Shown one piece after another: positions 11,951 to 24,772 of a DNA stretch of 64,000 nt. Position numbers and translations under genes: made by a program. The notes below the pieces were generated by a model. It made no database searches. It was not told the origin of the DNA and saw nothing but the letters and a program-made list of their open reading frames with translations. The DNA is from Amoebophrya sp. A120 (lineage: Eukaryota; Protista; Dinoflagellata). Location: contig CAJINV010000005.1 of the NCBI GenBank assembly GCA_905178155.1, forward strand, positions 1,986,054 through 2,050,053. Direction: 5' to 3'. How positions within the stretch are numbered: position 1 is the stretch's first letter; every line of letters begins with the position of its first letter.

Positions 11951-14900
11951 TCACACTTCGAACTTAAAGTTCGTGATTTTCATTTCCGTCTTCGCTCCTC
12001 TTAAGCCGCCAATGTGCCTCTTCCACCGCATGGTCGCGCTGCCCTTCTCCGTGCCCGTGCTCGTTGACTGGTCCTTCGGCAAGTAGGTCTGCGTTTCGTT
12101 CTCGCGGCGGAAGGTAGACCCGATCGTCTGCGTGCCGTGGGTGTGCTTGCGACGAATATCTGGATTGTGATGTTGGGAAAATTTTTTGTTTATTCGCATC
12201 ACAAATCGGGTTTCTAGTGCATTAGACGGGCATATGAGTAGAAACTCGACAAGTGGGTCGATCTCGAACTCGATGCTTATACTGAATTGCTGCATCACAA
12301 ATTCTTGCTGTACCTGCCATCCTCAAGGCGTCCTTCCTCAATTTCCACTCGTTCCACTCATACGTCGGGTCGATGTTCGCTTATGGGAGGGAAGAACCAT
12401 TTCACTGTCAATTTGTCATGCACAAAACGTAGCAGCAAGGTGTTCGTCTTCCTTGCCGAAGAGGCGCGAGTAGACGCTGGGTGTCTGTAAGTGTATGCGT
12501 GATTTCTCGTAGCACATAAGGAATTGAAATTCAATTATAGCGCATTATATATCCATCGTAGATTTATTTCCTGATATCATTACCATGCGACAGCACAAAA
12601 AAGTTGGCATGCCAATCAAGCACGAAATTTGCACTGGACCACAGTTTGTGTTGATTCTCCCCTCTGATACCGACTCCAGGAAGTGCACGGGCGTCTGCGT
12701 TGAACCGTCGTCCACCTTTTGCGCGCCGAAGTGCTCCAACACCGCATGCAAGGATGACTGCGGGAAGTCCTCGTGCAATCGGAGTAGCTGGATCAGCTGC
12801 GGCATCTTGTAGCAGTGCTCCCGCACGGCGAGAAAGGCGTTACTCGGGCTTTTCACAAACTCCTTCATCATTTCAAAGGACTCAAACACGCAAAACCGCC
12901 CCTTATACTGGATCACCCCGAGCCCCGGATCCCCGGAGGAGAGCACCCCGTCCGAGCTGCACAAGCGCTGCACGCAGTAGCCCTGGAAATCCAGCGGCAG
13001 CTGCAGAAAATTGGGCGTGGTGTCCGGGGAGAGAAACATCGGGTGGTCGGAAACCACGAGGGGAAACTGCTGGTGCGTGTCCGTTCCGCTCGTACTGGAG
13101 GAACTTTGCGTGGTCGTATATCCAACAAGAAAAAGGTGTTACGGTCGCACACATTTTTTGCAAGTAATCCCGCAACACCGATTTTTTGGTCGGCATCACA
13201 AGAAAAATCTGTCGTGCACCAAGTTAGAGTGAGAGGGTATGGAAAAAAAAAAACATGTACGTATGAAACTAAGCTGCTGAGTATGTCCGGCAAGACAGAA
13301 CTTTTCTGCCTGGTATTAGCATGTTCTGCAAGAAGACAGCGTGCAACTACTGTGACCACCTTCTTCTTGCGATATCGTGTTTTTCGTCTCTAATATCGCG
13401 GGCACCGGACCGTGGACCTCGGTGATCAGCGTTGTAATTTGCTCCGTGATTTCGTCCATGGTTGGCTTTGGCTCGGTATTGAGAGGAAAAATCCCCCCTC
13501 CCCATATCAAAGGGAGATTTCTGATGCGCGATTTGTGTACACAAATCAACCTGTATTGCTGGAAAGTAAAGGGACACACCCACGGCCTAGTCTTCAGGCT
13601 CTTTGTCATGCTGTTCTGCACAATGCAGCTGCTGCCCGTCATGCTGGCGAGGCAAGGCTTGGCCGTGCCAGACAGAACTACAGTCCGCATCCCTTCCCTA
13701 CCAGCATCACAACTGGATTTGTGAACAGCAATCAGCATCACAAATTTCCATTTTTTTATGGGGAGGGGAGATTTTTCGCTTTGATACTCGGCGGGTTTGC
13801 TCGACTCCGCTTTCAACGTTTCGAGAAACTCTTTTGGGAGGGTCGGGCAGTACCTGCGAGGGTGACGTCAAGTAGTTTCTGAGCTCGCGTGTTTATTTAC
13901 TTGAGGTTCAAATTCGATAACTTGGTCGCATGAGAAACTAAGCAATACATCAAGATGCGAATCAAAAAATACTGTGACTTCTGGAGCAGCTCCCTCAAGT
14001 CGAGCTTGGCCGTTGCCAGATGCAGGTCCAGTCTTGCTATTCCCAGCAATTTTCCCAGACTGTCGAAAAGCGGATACACTTCGCCCTTTGCTAGGGAACC
14101 TTTCAAGTTTCGAAAGATTTTATTTAAGTACTTCTTGGCTTCTCATCATATTAAATATGCATGTGCATCTTCACAGATTCAGATACTGGCGCTCAATCAC
14201 CTTTATAAATGGCGCTCAATCACCTTTTTCTAGAAAGAAGTAGAAGGTCTATTTTCCCCTCCCAAATGATCAAAACTGTAGATACCTCTCTGCATCTCGA
14301 TTTTTTCCACGAGCGCTTGCACCAGCCCGTCGTACTGCGCCCGGTGTTCCCCTAGCCTCGTTTGCAGCATTGTGAAATCGTCGCACAGCGTTTGCCAGTA
14401 GACTAACCTCTGCCGCCAGTGCGCGAGTTCCTCTTTTTTCGCGTTGTGCTTGAGGCTAATCACCTTCCACTGCCGACACATTTCGGTTGACTCCTCGATT
14501 TGCTCTTGGATGTGGGAAATCACCTCCTCTAATTTCGACACCGTCCAGCACTGCTCTAGCAGAAGGCAGGGCGCACTGTCGGCAGCTGTTGAGAAATTTC
14601 ATTTATAGATTTTTCCAAGGCAGGAAATCTACGCATCTTCGGCGTCACGGAGCATGCTAGAAGCTTGTGGTGGTTCTTGACAAAGACTGAAAATGAATCT
14701 GAAGACACACCTGCACTCCCCGTGGCTTGTATGGCTGCGAGTTTGAGGTTGAGAATTCTTATGCCGTGGCAGATTCGCAGCAACTCCTCGGTTTGTTGCC
14801 GCTTCTCCGGGGCGGTGAGCGCGAGAAACCGCTGCATGGTGACCTTCGGCATGACGGATTCCAGGATCTGCGTCATCTCCTTGTCGAGATACTTGTCGTT

Positions 14901-15835
14901 GTGCTCCTTTATCGGCTTGGAGGACACCGAACTCGGCATGGATGGGACCTTACACCTCTTCACCAGCATCTCCACGATTTTGTTCCACACCAAGTTGCCC
15001 TGCTCGTAATTCAGGTGCACGGAACTCGAGGCGCCCTCCTGAATGATGAAGTTTATCGTCCTCGACTCGTATTCCGCCTGCTCCTGCGCTATCGCAGACA
15101 CCTTCTGCTCGCCTTCCAGAGCTGCGGTCTCAAACCTGATGTACCGTTTTTAAATTGTCATGCGAAACATGCTGCAGAGCACAGGACGGAGGAGTTGCTG
15201 CTTCTCATGCACGGTAAAGAAAAACGAAACACGCTGCAAATGACGCAATCTGAAAGTAATTTGTCAATAGTGCCGAAGCTGTAGAAGTCGATGATGTCAA
15301 GAAACGAATAAATACGCTGCTTGTAGTGCCAATGTTTCCATGCCCGGCTGCTGTTTGGTGTTAAAAAGCTTCTTCATGTATCCCAAGAAAAAAGTATTCT
15401 AGCAGTTACACACATTTTTTGCCGACTCAGCAACAGTTCAGATATGGTCTTCTACAGGACAGGAAAAATTCAAATTTGCAGCAAGAGGACTGTATGTAAT
15501 ACAGTCACTGTATGCAAGAAAAAAAACACGCATGAACATAAAACGAGGTTCCCGGGCTACTACATCATGACCGAGTTTGTCTGTCTTGCTGATCCTGCAA
15601 AAAAATGTGTACTTAAAAACTGCCAAACCGTTGTAGTTTCTTTGCATATCACACTCTCCTCCACCACAACCCTCGCCTCTGGCTCCTGCAAGCCGCCTGC
15701 TTCGGCGTAGAACGCCGAGGTCGCATTGTTGAAGATCGTTCTGGCCACCAACGCGGCGAGCGACTCGGACACCGACAGACCGAGCTGCCGGCAGGCCAGC
15801 ACCAGCTCCTTGGTAATCGCGTTGAGCGAGATCAT
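11951..15835 (-). CDS. CFAP206: Cilia- and flagella-associated protein 206, multi-exon
   Basis: Motifs VSESLAALVAR, FLQLPLDFQGYC, QLIQLL, STQTPVHF, YEWNEWKLRK, HGTQT..FRRENETQTYLPKD, GGLRG. Confidence 0.88.
12382..12669. mobile_element. Degenerate introner in CFAP206
   Basis: Imperfect TIR TATGGGAGGGAAGAA vs TATCAGAGGGGAGAA; TSD poorly preserved; removal joins HFLES to (N/D)IDPTYEWNEW. Confidence 0.55.
13119..13395. mobile_element. Degenerate introner in CFAP206
   Basis: TAT...ATA ends; TSD TCGTA/TCGCG; removal gives PVPATTQSS in frame with VSDHPMF. Confidence 0.7.
13477..13786. mobile_element. Introner, family B
   Basis: TIR GAAAAATC(C/T)CCCCTCCCCATA; TSD CTCGG; removal gives SKPAEPKPT. 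Confidence 0.92.
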
Positions 15836-17986
15836 CGTGCGATGTACGAAGTTGTGGTGGTTGTCCTCTCGGGTTTTTTTTGTAGAAGCTGTGGTCTTGT
15901 TCTCCGATCAGCCTTAAGAACAGTTTCTCGTGGAGGTCACCAAAGAGGTAGGAGAAGACGCGTCGAAAGTGGACCACGAGTCTTCTTGTTGTGCAACGCG
16001 AACTAGAAACTCGTTTGGGTTTTATTTCTCAGCGAAGTAGGAAGAAGATGCGGGAGTTGTTACAAAGACGCCATCTTCTGGCTCAGGCTGTCTACCAACT
16101 GTAGTGACATCAAGATCCTCGGCGGCCCCTCGGTCTCCCCTCCACTGCTAGCGGTGACCTAGCAGCTACCCCGGAGGTGGGACCACACGCACGATCAGAG
16201 AAGGGCTATTTGTGAAAAAACTGAGAGACACTAAACACAGTTCTACGTTTGGGTCAAGGACAAAAACGAGTTCATGTGCACGTTGGTGCTGAGGACTGCA
16301 ATGAGTTCCGATCGACAATGACTATCACTATGCCCACCTTGGGGTTGTACGCGTATATTCAACAACAACAACCGATCGCGGTGCTGGCGACATTTCATGG
16401 AACTAGAGATTCCTCATGCTCTCCGGCTCTCACGACCCAAACCCAAGACAACTACATAATGAATCGTGATCGTCTCGTTCATGAATAGCCCACGGCGTCG
16501 AGGAATTTCTGTCGCAGCCATGTTAGAACTGAACATGCTAGATGAGCATCCGTGCTAAATTACGACCCAGAGGAGGCGGACAAAGAAATCAACACGACCC
16601 TCACGATGGTTCCATCTCTGTTCATCAATATAATCTCTCGGTCACGACACTGCGTGACGGTAAGACCACGCTAAGATCCACCACCTTAAGTGACCTTGCC
16701 AGTAAGCCCTCGATCATTCCCGAAACGACGTAATAAATGGCACTGTCCGACCAGACGAAAAGATGGACGATTCTATTAGGTACAACTCCCGCAATCTTGT
16801 ATTTACTACAGAAGTACTGAAGTCGACGAAGGTGCGGAGATCAATGAGAATCGAACCACTTGGTAGTACCAACCTCACAAAACTTTTTTTTCAATCGCGA
16901 GTGTGCACGAAGACGAAGCCTAGCTAGAGGTGGAGCTAGTAGCTACGCATGACATAACCACACAGGACCCCAAAACATCGTGGAACAGTTTCAGTGAAGC
17001 GGGCCCTTTGCTGCGGCCTGACCCTGAGATTGCGTATCACTTTATAATCAATCCTTGGTCGCCTTCTTCGCTGTTGCGAAAACGCAATTACTTTTGCTTA
17101 GGTTTTTGGTCACGCTCTTTCGTGATAAATCGGGTACTTTATAGAAGTTTCTTGATGACATTGCATATCTCTACCGAGACTGCTGGTGAGTATTGACGCC
17201 AGGATTCTACTGTCGATGCTTGAGCACCAGAAGGTTGATGTTACAAAAAAATTTGAATGCCTATGCCATGATCCCTACCTCTTTTACTACCTTCATCAAT
17301 ATAGAAGAGTCGGTGGAGGTTGGTAAAAACTTTTGACATTAGTTTTGAAAAATTCTACTTTTCGCTCTACGCCTGTTCTTGTGGCTCTTTTCCGTTGCGC
17401 GTGAAAAGTTCTTGAGTCTGTAGCGCGTCGACTAAAAAGCAGTCAAGGTGAACAAAGTGACTTCTGTCGATCATTTTCAGCTGCACAGACACTCCTCCAC
17501 CAGGGCTGGCTCATCTTCTCGACGCAAGTAGAAGATGCACGAGTTGTAGTTGTACTTTCAGTCTCCCGATCTACTTAGTCAAACAGTCGCGGATGCACGT
17601 TTGCCAGAGTACGAAAGAACTCGTGCCGTAGCGCTGCGTCCGGCGTGATGCGTTTCTCCTTGTCAAGTTTCAGCATCTTCCACGTCAAATCATTGTACTC
17701 AATCTGCAACTTCGCCTTCAGATTGACCCGCACCCGCTCCAAAGAAATTCCCTCGGGCGGATATGGAGAGGGAAAAATAGGTGACCATCACCGGTTGCTG
17801 TGGGGGGACGCGGTGCGACGAATCTCTCTTTCTGGGCGAGTAGAACTTGTTCGGCTTTACCACTTGCTTGCTCGTGATTTTCATAAAAAATAGCGGCAGC
17901 TGCATAGATTTTTTCTGAATGCATCACCATCATGACCAAGCACAAGGACAACGACCCTCAGCACGACCACGGCAAAGGGTAAATAA

Positions 17987-20900
17987 TCAGCAATCGCGAC
18001 AGTTCCTTTTTTCCGCACGTAACCTGGTCGCCGCTTGCGCCGGTGGTTTTTCCGGTGGCGGCCTGGTGCTCTTCTTTTTCTGCTGCAGTTCCTGGTTGTT
18101 GTCGCTGCCGTTCGGCGGAAAAGTCGTGGTGCCGCCGCCGGACAGAGCCGCGGGCGTTCGTTCCCCGAGCGCCGCCGTCGTCGTGGGGTCTGCAACTAGT
18201 TCCGCTTCTGCCACTGTTTTTATTTCGGGCACGCTTTTACCAGCAGGGGCAGCAGCGGCTCCGGATGTGGTCGCACCTGTAGCAATTCCTGTATTTTTCG
18301 CTAGTACGCGGAGACCCGACAACGCGCCTGGCGCGTCCTCCATCTCAACGTCAGCTGCCTGCTCTTCTGCGCCCCCACGAGAACCCACGTTGCCGCCCTT
18401 GCTTTTCTCCTCTTCACTGCTGCGCGCCTTCTTGTTCCCCTGATGTCCCTCCCCGTCTTCGCTCTTTACCTCGTCGTCGTCGTCCGCACTGCTCGACCCA
18501 GATGACGAAGAACTGGAAGAACTTGAGGAAGACTCGCCACCGGCATCCGGGCTGTCCTCGGTTTCGTTTTTCTTGCCGTCATTCGTTTTTTCGCCGCCAT
18601 TTTCCTCCCCGGCCGGCGCATTTTCCTCGTTTTCCGCTTCGAGGACGGGGTCCTGTTCTTTCTGTTGCTCCAGTAGAGCGTCGACCTCAGGTAGTAGTTC
18701 TTGCCCACTGCCGTCGTCGTTTCCTTTGGTTTCATCTCGTCGTCCCTCGGTGCCCGGGTTCCGGACTTCCTGCACCCCCTCCGAGCCATCTTCCGCGTCC
18801 GCGTCCGCCGTTTTGATCAGCCGAGAGTGCTCGCACAGGAGCAACTCCGCCTCCTTGCTGCTGTAGAAAGACTCACTGGCCGGCAGGTGCTCCGCGTTGG
18901 GGGCGCGCGAAAAATCGGAGTCAGCGTCGAGCTCATGCCTGCACCCGATCGACCACGGTTGAAATTGCCACTTTTCCAGTACCTCCTGTAGGCGGTTATC
19001 ACCTTGCGCCCTGCGCGTCACACTACCCCGGTAGAACACCCGCTCCCGTAGCATATCACACAGATAAAAGCTGGCCGGTGCTGGGCATATTTGTAAACGC
19101 AAGGAAACCCACAGAGAAATTTATCTCTACTGCAAATTGTAAACAGCATGCTACGGGCTCGCCCATGGCAGACTTTGCTGTGCGTTTGTTCTTTATTTTT
19201 GCACTTTACAAATGCCGCCTGCTAGCTTTTTTCGGTGGCATACAGCACGTCGGATGCTTTTACTTCGGCCTCGGTTCCCTTCTCGACGTACATCCGCCGC
19301 GCCAAGCTTAGCGGGACAGCCAATTTCCGTTCGTACTTTCTGCCGTTGTTGGGGTGGGGGGTTTTGCTTTCTATTCTCGTGAAAAAGATGACTGCTCTCG
19401 AGGACTACAACTAACTTTCAAAACACAGCTAGCTCTCTATTCCGAAGACTACAAGCGGGCCAAAAAATCTTCCTGTCTGCTGCACGCTCGCGTGGCACAA
19501 ATAATTGTGGGTGGTTTCATGCAACTTCACCACACAACAAGTGCCCAAACTTATGTGCTGCGCCACCAGTTTCCCAAGCAGCAGAGAGAGGAAAAGGGAA
19601 AAAATGCATAAGAAACGAAACAAAAAGCAGCAGCATGACCCCAGCAGTTCTTGGAGCTCGCGGACCGCGTCTTTTCCACGGGGTAAAATCAATGTCAAAG
19701 AGGTTGTCCTGCCGCTGGAAATTCCTCGCCATTTTCAAACCTACTTTTTTATCTGGGTAGGAAACCGTGTCGGGCGGGCCGTCGGTATGCATTGCAAAAA
19801 ATGTGTCTACTGGGTCTGAAAGAGTGCAACGTTTGTCATGAACATTTTGCATGACCCGTGCTGTCTGTGGTGCGTCCCCTAGCATCATAAATTTCTGAAA
19901 AACTCTTGGTCGTGTCTTGGTCTTGATGCCTGTTCCACATGAGTAGAAGTGCCTTCTCCGCGTACTGAAAAAAGTGGACTGACTCCCCTCGGTCTCGCTT
20001 CATATGCAATACAACAGGCTCCTGTTGTATCTGAGAATCCAAAAAATGCAGCATCACAAGGTGCACTCTTCCTGATCGCCGAACCTCAAATTTGCAAAAA
20101 TGCATAGTCGGCTTGGTGCGCCAAGTCTGGCGGGTCGAGGTCGTTGAACGTGTGCTGCGCGTACAGCTTGAGCAGGTGGTGCGTGTCCCTCTGGTCCGTT
20201 GCCGAAAGGGAAAAAAGTCTCCGGACCAAGCAATCCGGCACTTTGCCACTCTTGTTCTTCAACTTCCGCGCGCCCGTCGCCGGGTCGGTCTCGTAAAACG
20301 TCCGATAGTAGGCGGCCTCCGCGCGCGTCACGAGGTACCGCGGACAGGGGCCGACGACCTGCAGCACCATGTCGATGTGCACCCGCGCCGCCCGGTTTTC
20401 CCCCAACTTCTCCCGCCGCGGGTCCAGCGTCCGCGTGTAGCTCGGGAAGAGCTTGTGGCCACCCACGAAGGTCTCAAAGGACAGCACGGCGAAGGACCAC
20501 ATGTCGACGGCCGGGGTTGGCTATCAAATGTAAAAATGTCTGGGTCTAGAAACTTGTCATGCTGGTTGGCGTATCATGAGGCGGCCACAAATGCTGGCTC
20601 AGCATGACAAGTTTCTGAGCTCCTGGGTGTTGCCTATTCTGCATGACAAACTGCGCTTCTGCATCACAGAAACGCGGAGCTCTTGGGTAACGTGCATGAC
20701 AGATTTAAGAGTTATGCCAGACAAGCATGACAAACGTGAATTCTTCCAGACCCAGACATTTTTACATTTCATATTAGCGGCCAGTCCCCCATCCAGATCT
20801 CCGGCGCCCGGTACCAGGGAGGCGAGATGTGCTGCGATTATCACAATGAAAAGTGCCCCCCACCCCTGAAATTGCAAGTATTTGTGGTGCGCAGTTTCCA

Positions 20901-23900
20901 AATGAAAACTTTTTGTCATGCATGAAAGGAGTATGAATCTTTGTGATGCAGAGTCTAGGCGTGGATCGCATCGCTTGCATGACTGCCGCCGCTCTTGCTG
21001 GGGTCTTTTGCAATGCAAATTTTTGCTATTCACGATTGGAAACCTGTGATGCTGATAGATGCAAGAAGGCGAATGTTTCATTTGGAAAGGTTTGCAATAC
21101 AAATGCTCCCAAGTTCGGGGGTGGGGGGATTTTTCCTCTCAATAGCGATCGCGCGTTCTCCAGTGGCGCTTTCTTGATCTCGCCCAGGTCGGCCAACTTC
21201 GCGGTGCAGGCGAGGATGTAGCCTTCCACGTCTTTGGGTCTCAGCCCGTGCATACCGGTGAAGAAACGCTCCCTGCGCAGTTGGTCCTCCTTCGCGCGCA
21301 GGGCGGCTTCCATCTTTTCGTTGCCGCTCAAGACGCGCTGGTTGTCGTGCACGACCGGGTCGTAGGAGGCCGGAAAAAGAATTCTCTGCCGGTTCATCTC
21401 GTCCTGGTGGTCGGCGAGCGTCCGCACCATTTTCACTCGTTCCGGGTCCAGGTGGATCATCACGTTGTCGGGCTTCAAGTCCGTGTGCATGTACCCAATG
21501 TGCCTCAACCACCGCAGGCCCTGCAGCACGTGGTAGCAAAGACGGCCGGCGAGGTGGACGGGGAGCCCGATGCGCTTGTTTTCCGGCCGGACGCCCTCCC
21601 CCTGCGGTCTTGGCTCGTACTGGTTGATCAGGGTGCTCAGATTCTTTTCGTACGGCTCGTAGTGCCCGGTGCCCATGTTCACTTTGCCCGCCAGCGCCTT
21701 CTGGCCCGTGTTCCGCCAGAGCTCCTCCTTCACCAGGTCGTTATATCTCTCCCGCAAAAACTGCATATTTCCGTGCCCGAGCTCGAACACCTGGAAGATG
21801 TGGCCCTCATGTTCGAAGCATTCCGCGCCGCCATGCACTGCAAAACGAACCCCATCGCGCTACCAGGAATTCGAATGCTTTCTTACGCGGCAGATTTCCA
21901 CTGCGTTTGTATCTCAAACAGCTGCAAAAACGAAATTTGTAGAACATGTGCATGATGGAAACTGGAACTTACACTTACTACGAAGAAACTAACAGGCGTT
22001 CGGTTTGTGTTGCATGAGTCGTCCTCGTTCTTTGTTGCAATTGGTCCAGGTAGTGCGATGATCATAGGTACTTTTACAGGAGGTAACCGTGGAACATCAT
22101 CAGGAGCCGGGCCGTGTCTTTCTTCTGGTGTTTTTGCAGAAAATCCAACTTCTGCGAAGTGTCCCAGTAGTTCCATCTCTGGTCTTCGGAGAGCTCCGTG
22201 GCGGCCTGCGGTTCTCCGCTGGCAGGGGCAGCTGCGTCCAAAATCTTTTCCAGCTTGCCCTGCAGCCTGTCTACCATGCGGCCCTTCCAGTTGTCGTAGT
22301 GCACGGAGTACATCCTGCTCGCGGTATGTAGCTCCTCCAGGTACCGCTGCTCCTTTTTCACTTGGATTGTCCCGGAGGAAAAGAAGGCCAGCACGTGCTC
22401 AGCACATCGGACTGAACTCTGTAATGGGGTCAAGACGAAAGAAGTGCAATGGAAGCACATGCAAAATTCAGAAACTATCCGCACAGGATTTTCCTGTCTG
22501 CTTTTACATCTCAAATACCATGCAGGGAACATACATAGGTAGACGGAGCGGATTAGGCCTACGGCACACATGGTGGCTTTTTTTCGCATGATACTGTTCG
22601 CGATGAACGAGCCGCTTTTGCTACCCCAGCCAGACTATGGATTGGAGATACACTACCACTAGCAAATTGCAAGCACAGGCCACATTTTCGGCATTAGTTC
22701 CAACACACATGAAGGGAAAAAAGAAAGCCCATACATAGTCAAAACCAGACCAAATTCAAAATCTAGAAGGGCATTACAAAAAAAGCGTGGCGCAGGCACC
22801 TCGCCTCTTCCTTTATTTCCCCCACTGCCAGAGCCAAACCCCTCCGCGGCCTTTCGGGGCCCCTCCGCGGCTAGCAGAACCTTGCTAGTTTAGTGCTCTC
22901 CGCATCCGATACGGATTCCGGGTCGTTCATTTGCCGCGATGACTTTAGCGCGACCTGGGTCCAGTTGCTCGGTTTCTCCGAATCCTGCGGGGCCGCTTCG
23001 ACGGAGCGCCAGGCCTTGTAGACTATGCCATACATCCCCTTGCCCAAAGTCGCGCAGCGGTAGCGGCTTCCTCCGGCCTTCATTAACATGGGGTCACTGA
23101 TAAAGCGGTAGGTGATGTTCTCCTGTACGTCGACATTGTCCCAGACCACCGGCGCAGGTGTCGTCGCGTTTTCTGGAGAAGGTTCTTCCTGCTCCTCTTG
23201 CTCGCCAGTACTCCTAGTCGCGTTCACGGGGGGCACCGAGCTCGAGGGATGCAAGGTTGCCGGGGTAGCCGCGCCCGAAAAGTTGGCCTCCTTGTAGGAG
23301 TAGGAAACCTTGACGGGGAGGACCTGATCGGGCTGCGCGTGGAAATACGCCGAGTGGTCGCTCTTCTCCTTGGGATGTTCCCGCTTCGCTTCCTCCCTGG
23401 CCGCCGTCAGCGCGTTGTTCGCCTTTTCGATCAACGGAACCCGATCGCGCCGCCACACCAGCTCCATCTGCCTGCGCCTTTGTTCTTCCTTCTGGCGCGC
23501 CTGTGGGTCGTCGTCACTGTCGGAGTCTGAGGAGCTGTCGCTGTCACTGGAAGACGAGGCCGGGGCGCCATCCTTCCCAGCGACCTTCCCCGCCACCTTC
23601 GCCTTCCCCTATCACATGGAAAAGTGCCCCCAGTGCCCCAGAGCGGAGACATGTTTGCTATTCAAAAACCCAAACCGGAAACACCCGCCATACCGAATGT
23701 TGCAGCATCACTAATTCGCAACGCGGCGTAGAGAAAATCTTAGCCGCACACTCGCACAACAAAATGGGGACTGCCCTGCTGGAGCGGCGCGGCTCGCGTC
23801 CGTTCTGAAACGAAACGCGCCGGCCTTCCTTTATGCAACAAAGAAAAAGCTCCAGCCCAGTTGGTGGAGCTTTGCCTGGTAAACACTTCGGCTGCGGCTC

Positions 23901-24772
23901 TGGGGCCGGGGCGCTTTTCATCGTGATATCCCGGGCGCCTTCTTTTTCATCGCCTGCTTCGGCTTCGGTTCTTTTTTCACGGGCGCGGCCTTTTTTTCTT
24001 TTTTCGCCTTCCCCTTCACAGGCTTTTTTTCTCCAGCTGGAGCCGCCGGCGGGCCACCGCCCGACCCCCCTTCTGCAGCCTTCTGCTTCTTCTGCGGCGG
24101 CTCCCCAGGTGCGGCTGCGGCCTGGTCCGCCTGGTTCTTCTTCCTTTTTTGGAATTTTGGCTTGTAGTCCACGACCTGCGCCCGCTTTCGCTTGGTGATG
24201 TACTTCTGCGCCACCAACTGCCGGACCGTGTCCAGGTCCGTCCCCTTCGGCCACTGCCAGGTTACTTTTCCATCTTTTCGCTTCGGAACGACGCCAGCCT
24301 GCTCGTCCTTGCGGCACCAGTCGCGAAGCCCGTCCGTGAACTTCCTGGTCTCTGCTTCGTTCGTGGGGGCCGGGGGCCCGAGGTGTGCCGCGAATTCGAG
24401 CGCAACCGCCTCCAGCGTGCACACCGCCGCGGCCTCGTTTTGCGCTCTCTTGACGGGGTCGCTATACCGGAGCGCCTCGGCGATCTCTTCCGCGCTCGGC
24501 ATGTTCGGGGGTGGGCCGAGTGCGCGCGCCGCTGCGTCTTCTGCCACGGGGGAGGGAGGGGCTTCGGGCTCTTTGTCGCTTTTCTCTACTGGTCCTGGCT
24601 CTTTTTGTTTTTTTTGGTCCGCGTGGTGTTCGGAAACAGCTCCCGCGTCCTGCTTCTCTCCGTCTTGTATTTTTTGTTCCACTTTTTGTTCCTGCTGTCG
24701 TTGTTCGTCTTCTGGCGGATTTTCGCCTGCTTCCCCCGGCGATCGGGGAGCCGGACTGCTGTCCTCGCCCAT
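17987..24772 (-). CDS. CMGC-group, SRPK-like Ser/Thr protein kinase with long low-complexity N- and C-terminal regions
   Basis: Motifs LGKGMYGIVY, VALKS, HIFQVFELG, HTDLKPDNVMI, AKLADLG, WYRAPE, VDMWSFA across exons. The 3' end is uncertain. Confidence 0.85.
19786..20106. mobile_element. Introner, family A (right TIR decayed)
   Basis: TSD GTCGG; removal gives HQADGPPDT. Confidence 0.85.
20522..20773. mobile_element. Introner, family A
   Basis: TIR AAATGTAAAAATGTCTGGGTCT; TSD TTGGC/TTAGC; removal gives WPLTPAVDMWS. Confidence 0.92.
20839..21144. mobile_element. Introner with C-type left end and B-type right end
   Basis: TSD GCGAT; removal gives NARSQHISPPWYRAPE. Confidence 0.9.
23610..23928. 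mobile_element. Introner, family C-like
   Basis: TIR TATCAC..GAAAAG(T/C)GCCCC; TSD TCCCC/TCCCG; removal gives KAPGKAKVAG. Confidence 0.85.

Noticed and set aside
14187-14227. Short tandem duplication TGGCGCTCAATCACCTTT; also microsatellites (GAT)n near 6880 and (ATC)n near 42270
   Set aside because: Ordinary slippage repeats.
16068-16088. GCCATCTTCTGGCTCAG resembling a dinoflagellate spliced-leader relic
   Set aside because: The match is imperfect, it lies on the strand opposite the genes, and there is no adjacent plus-strand gene.
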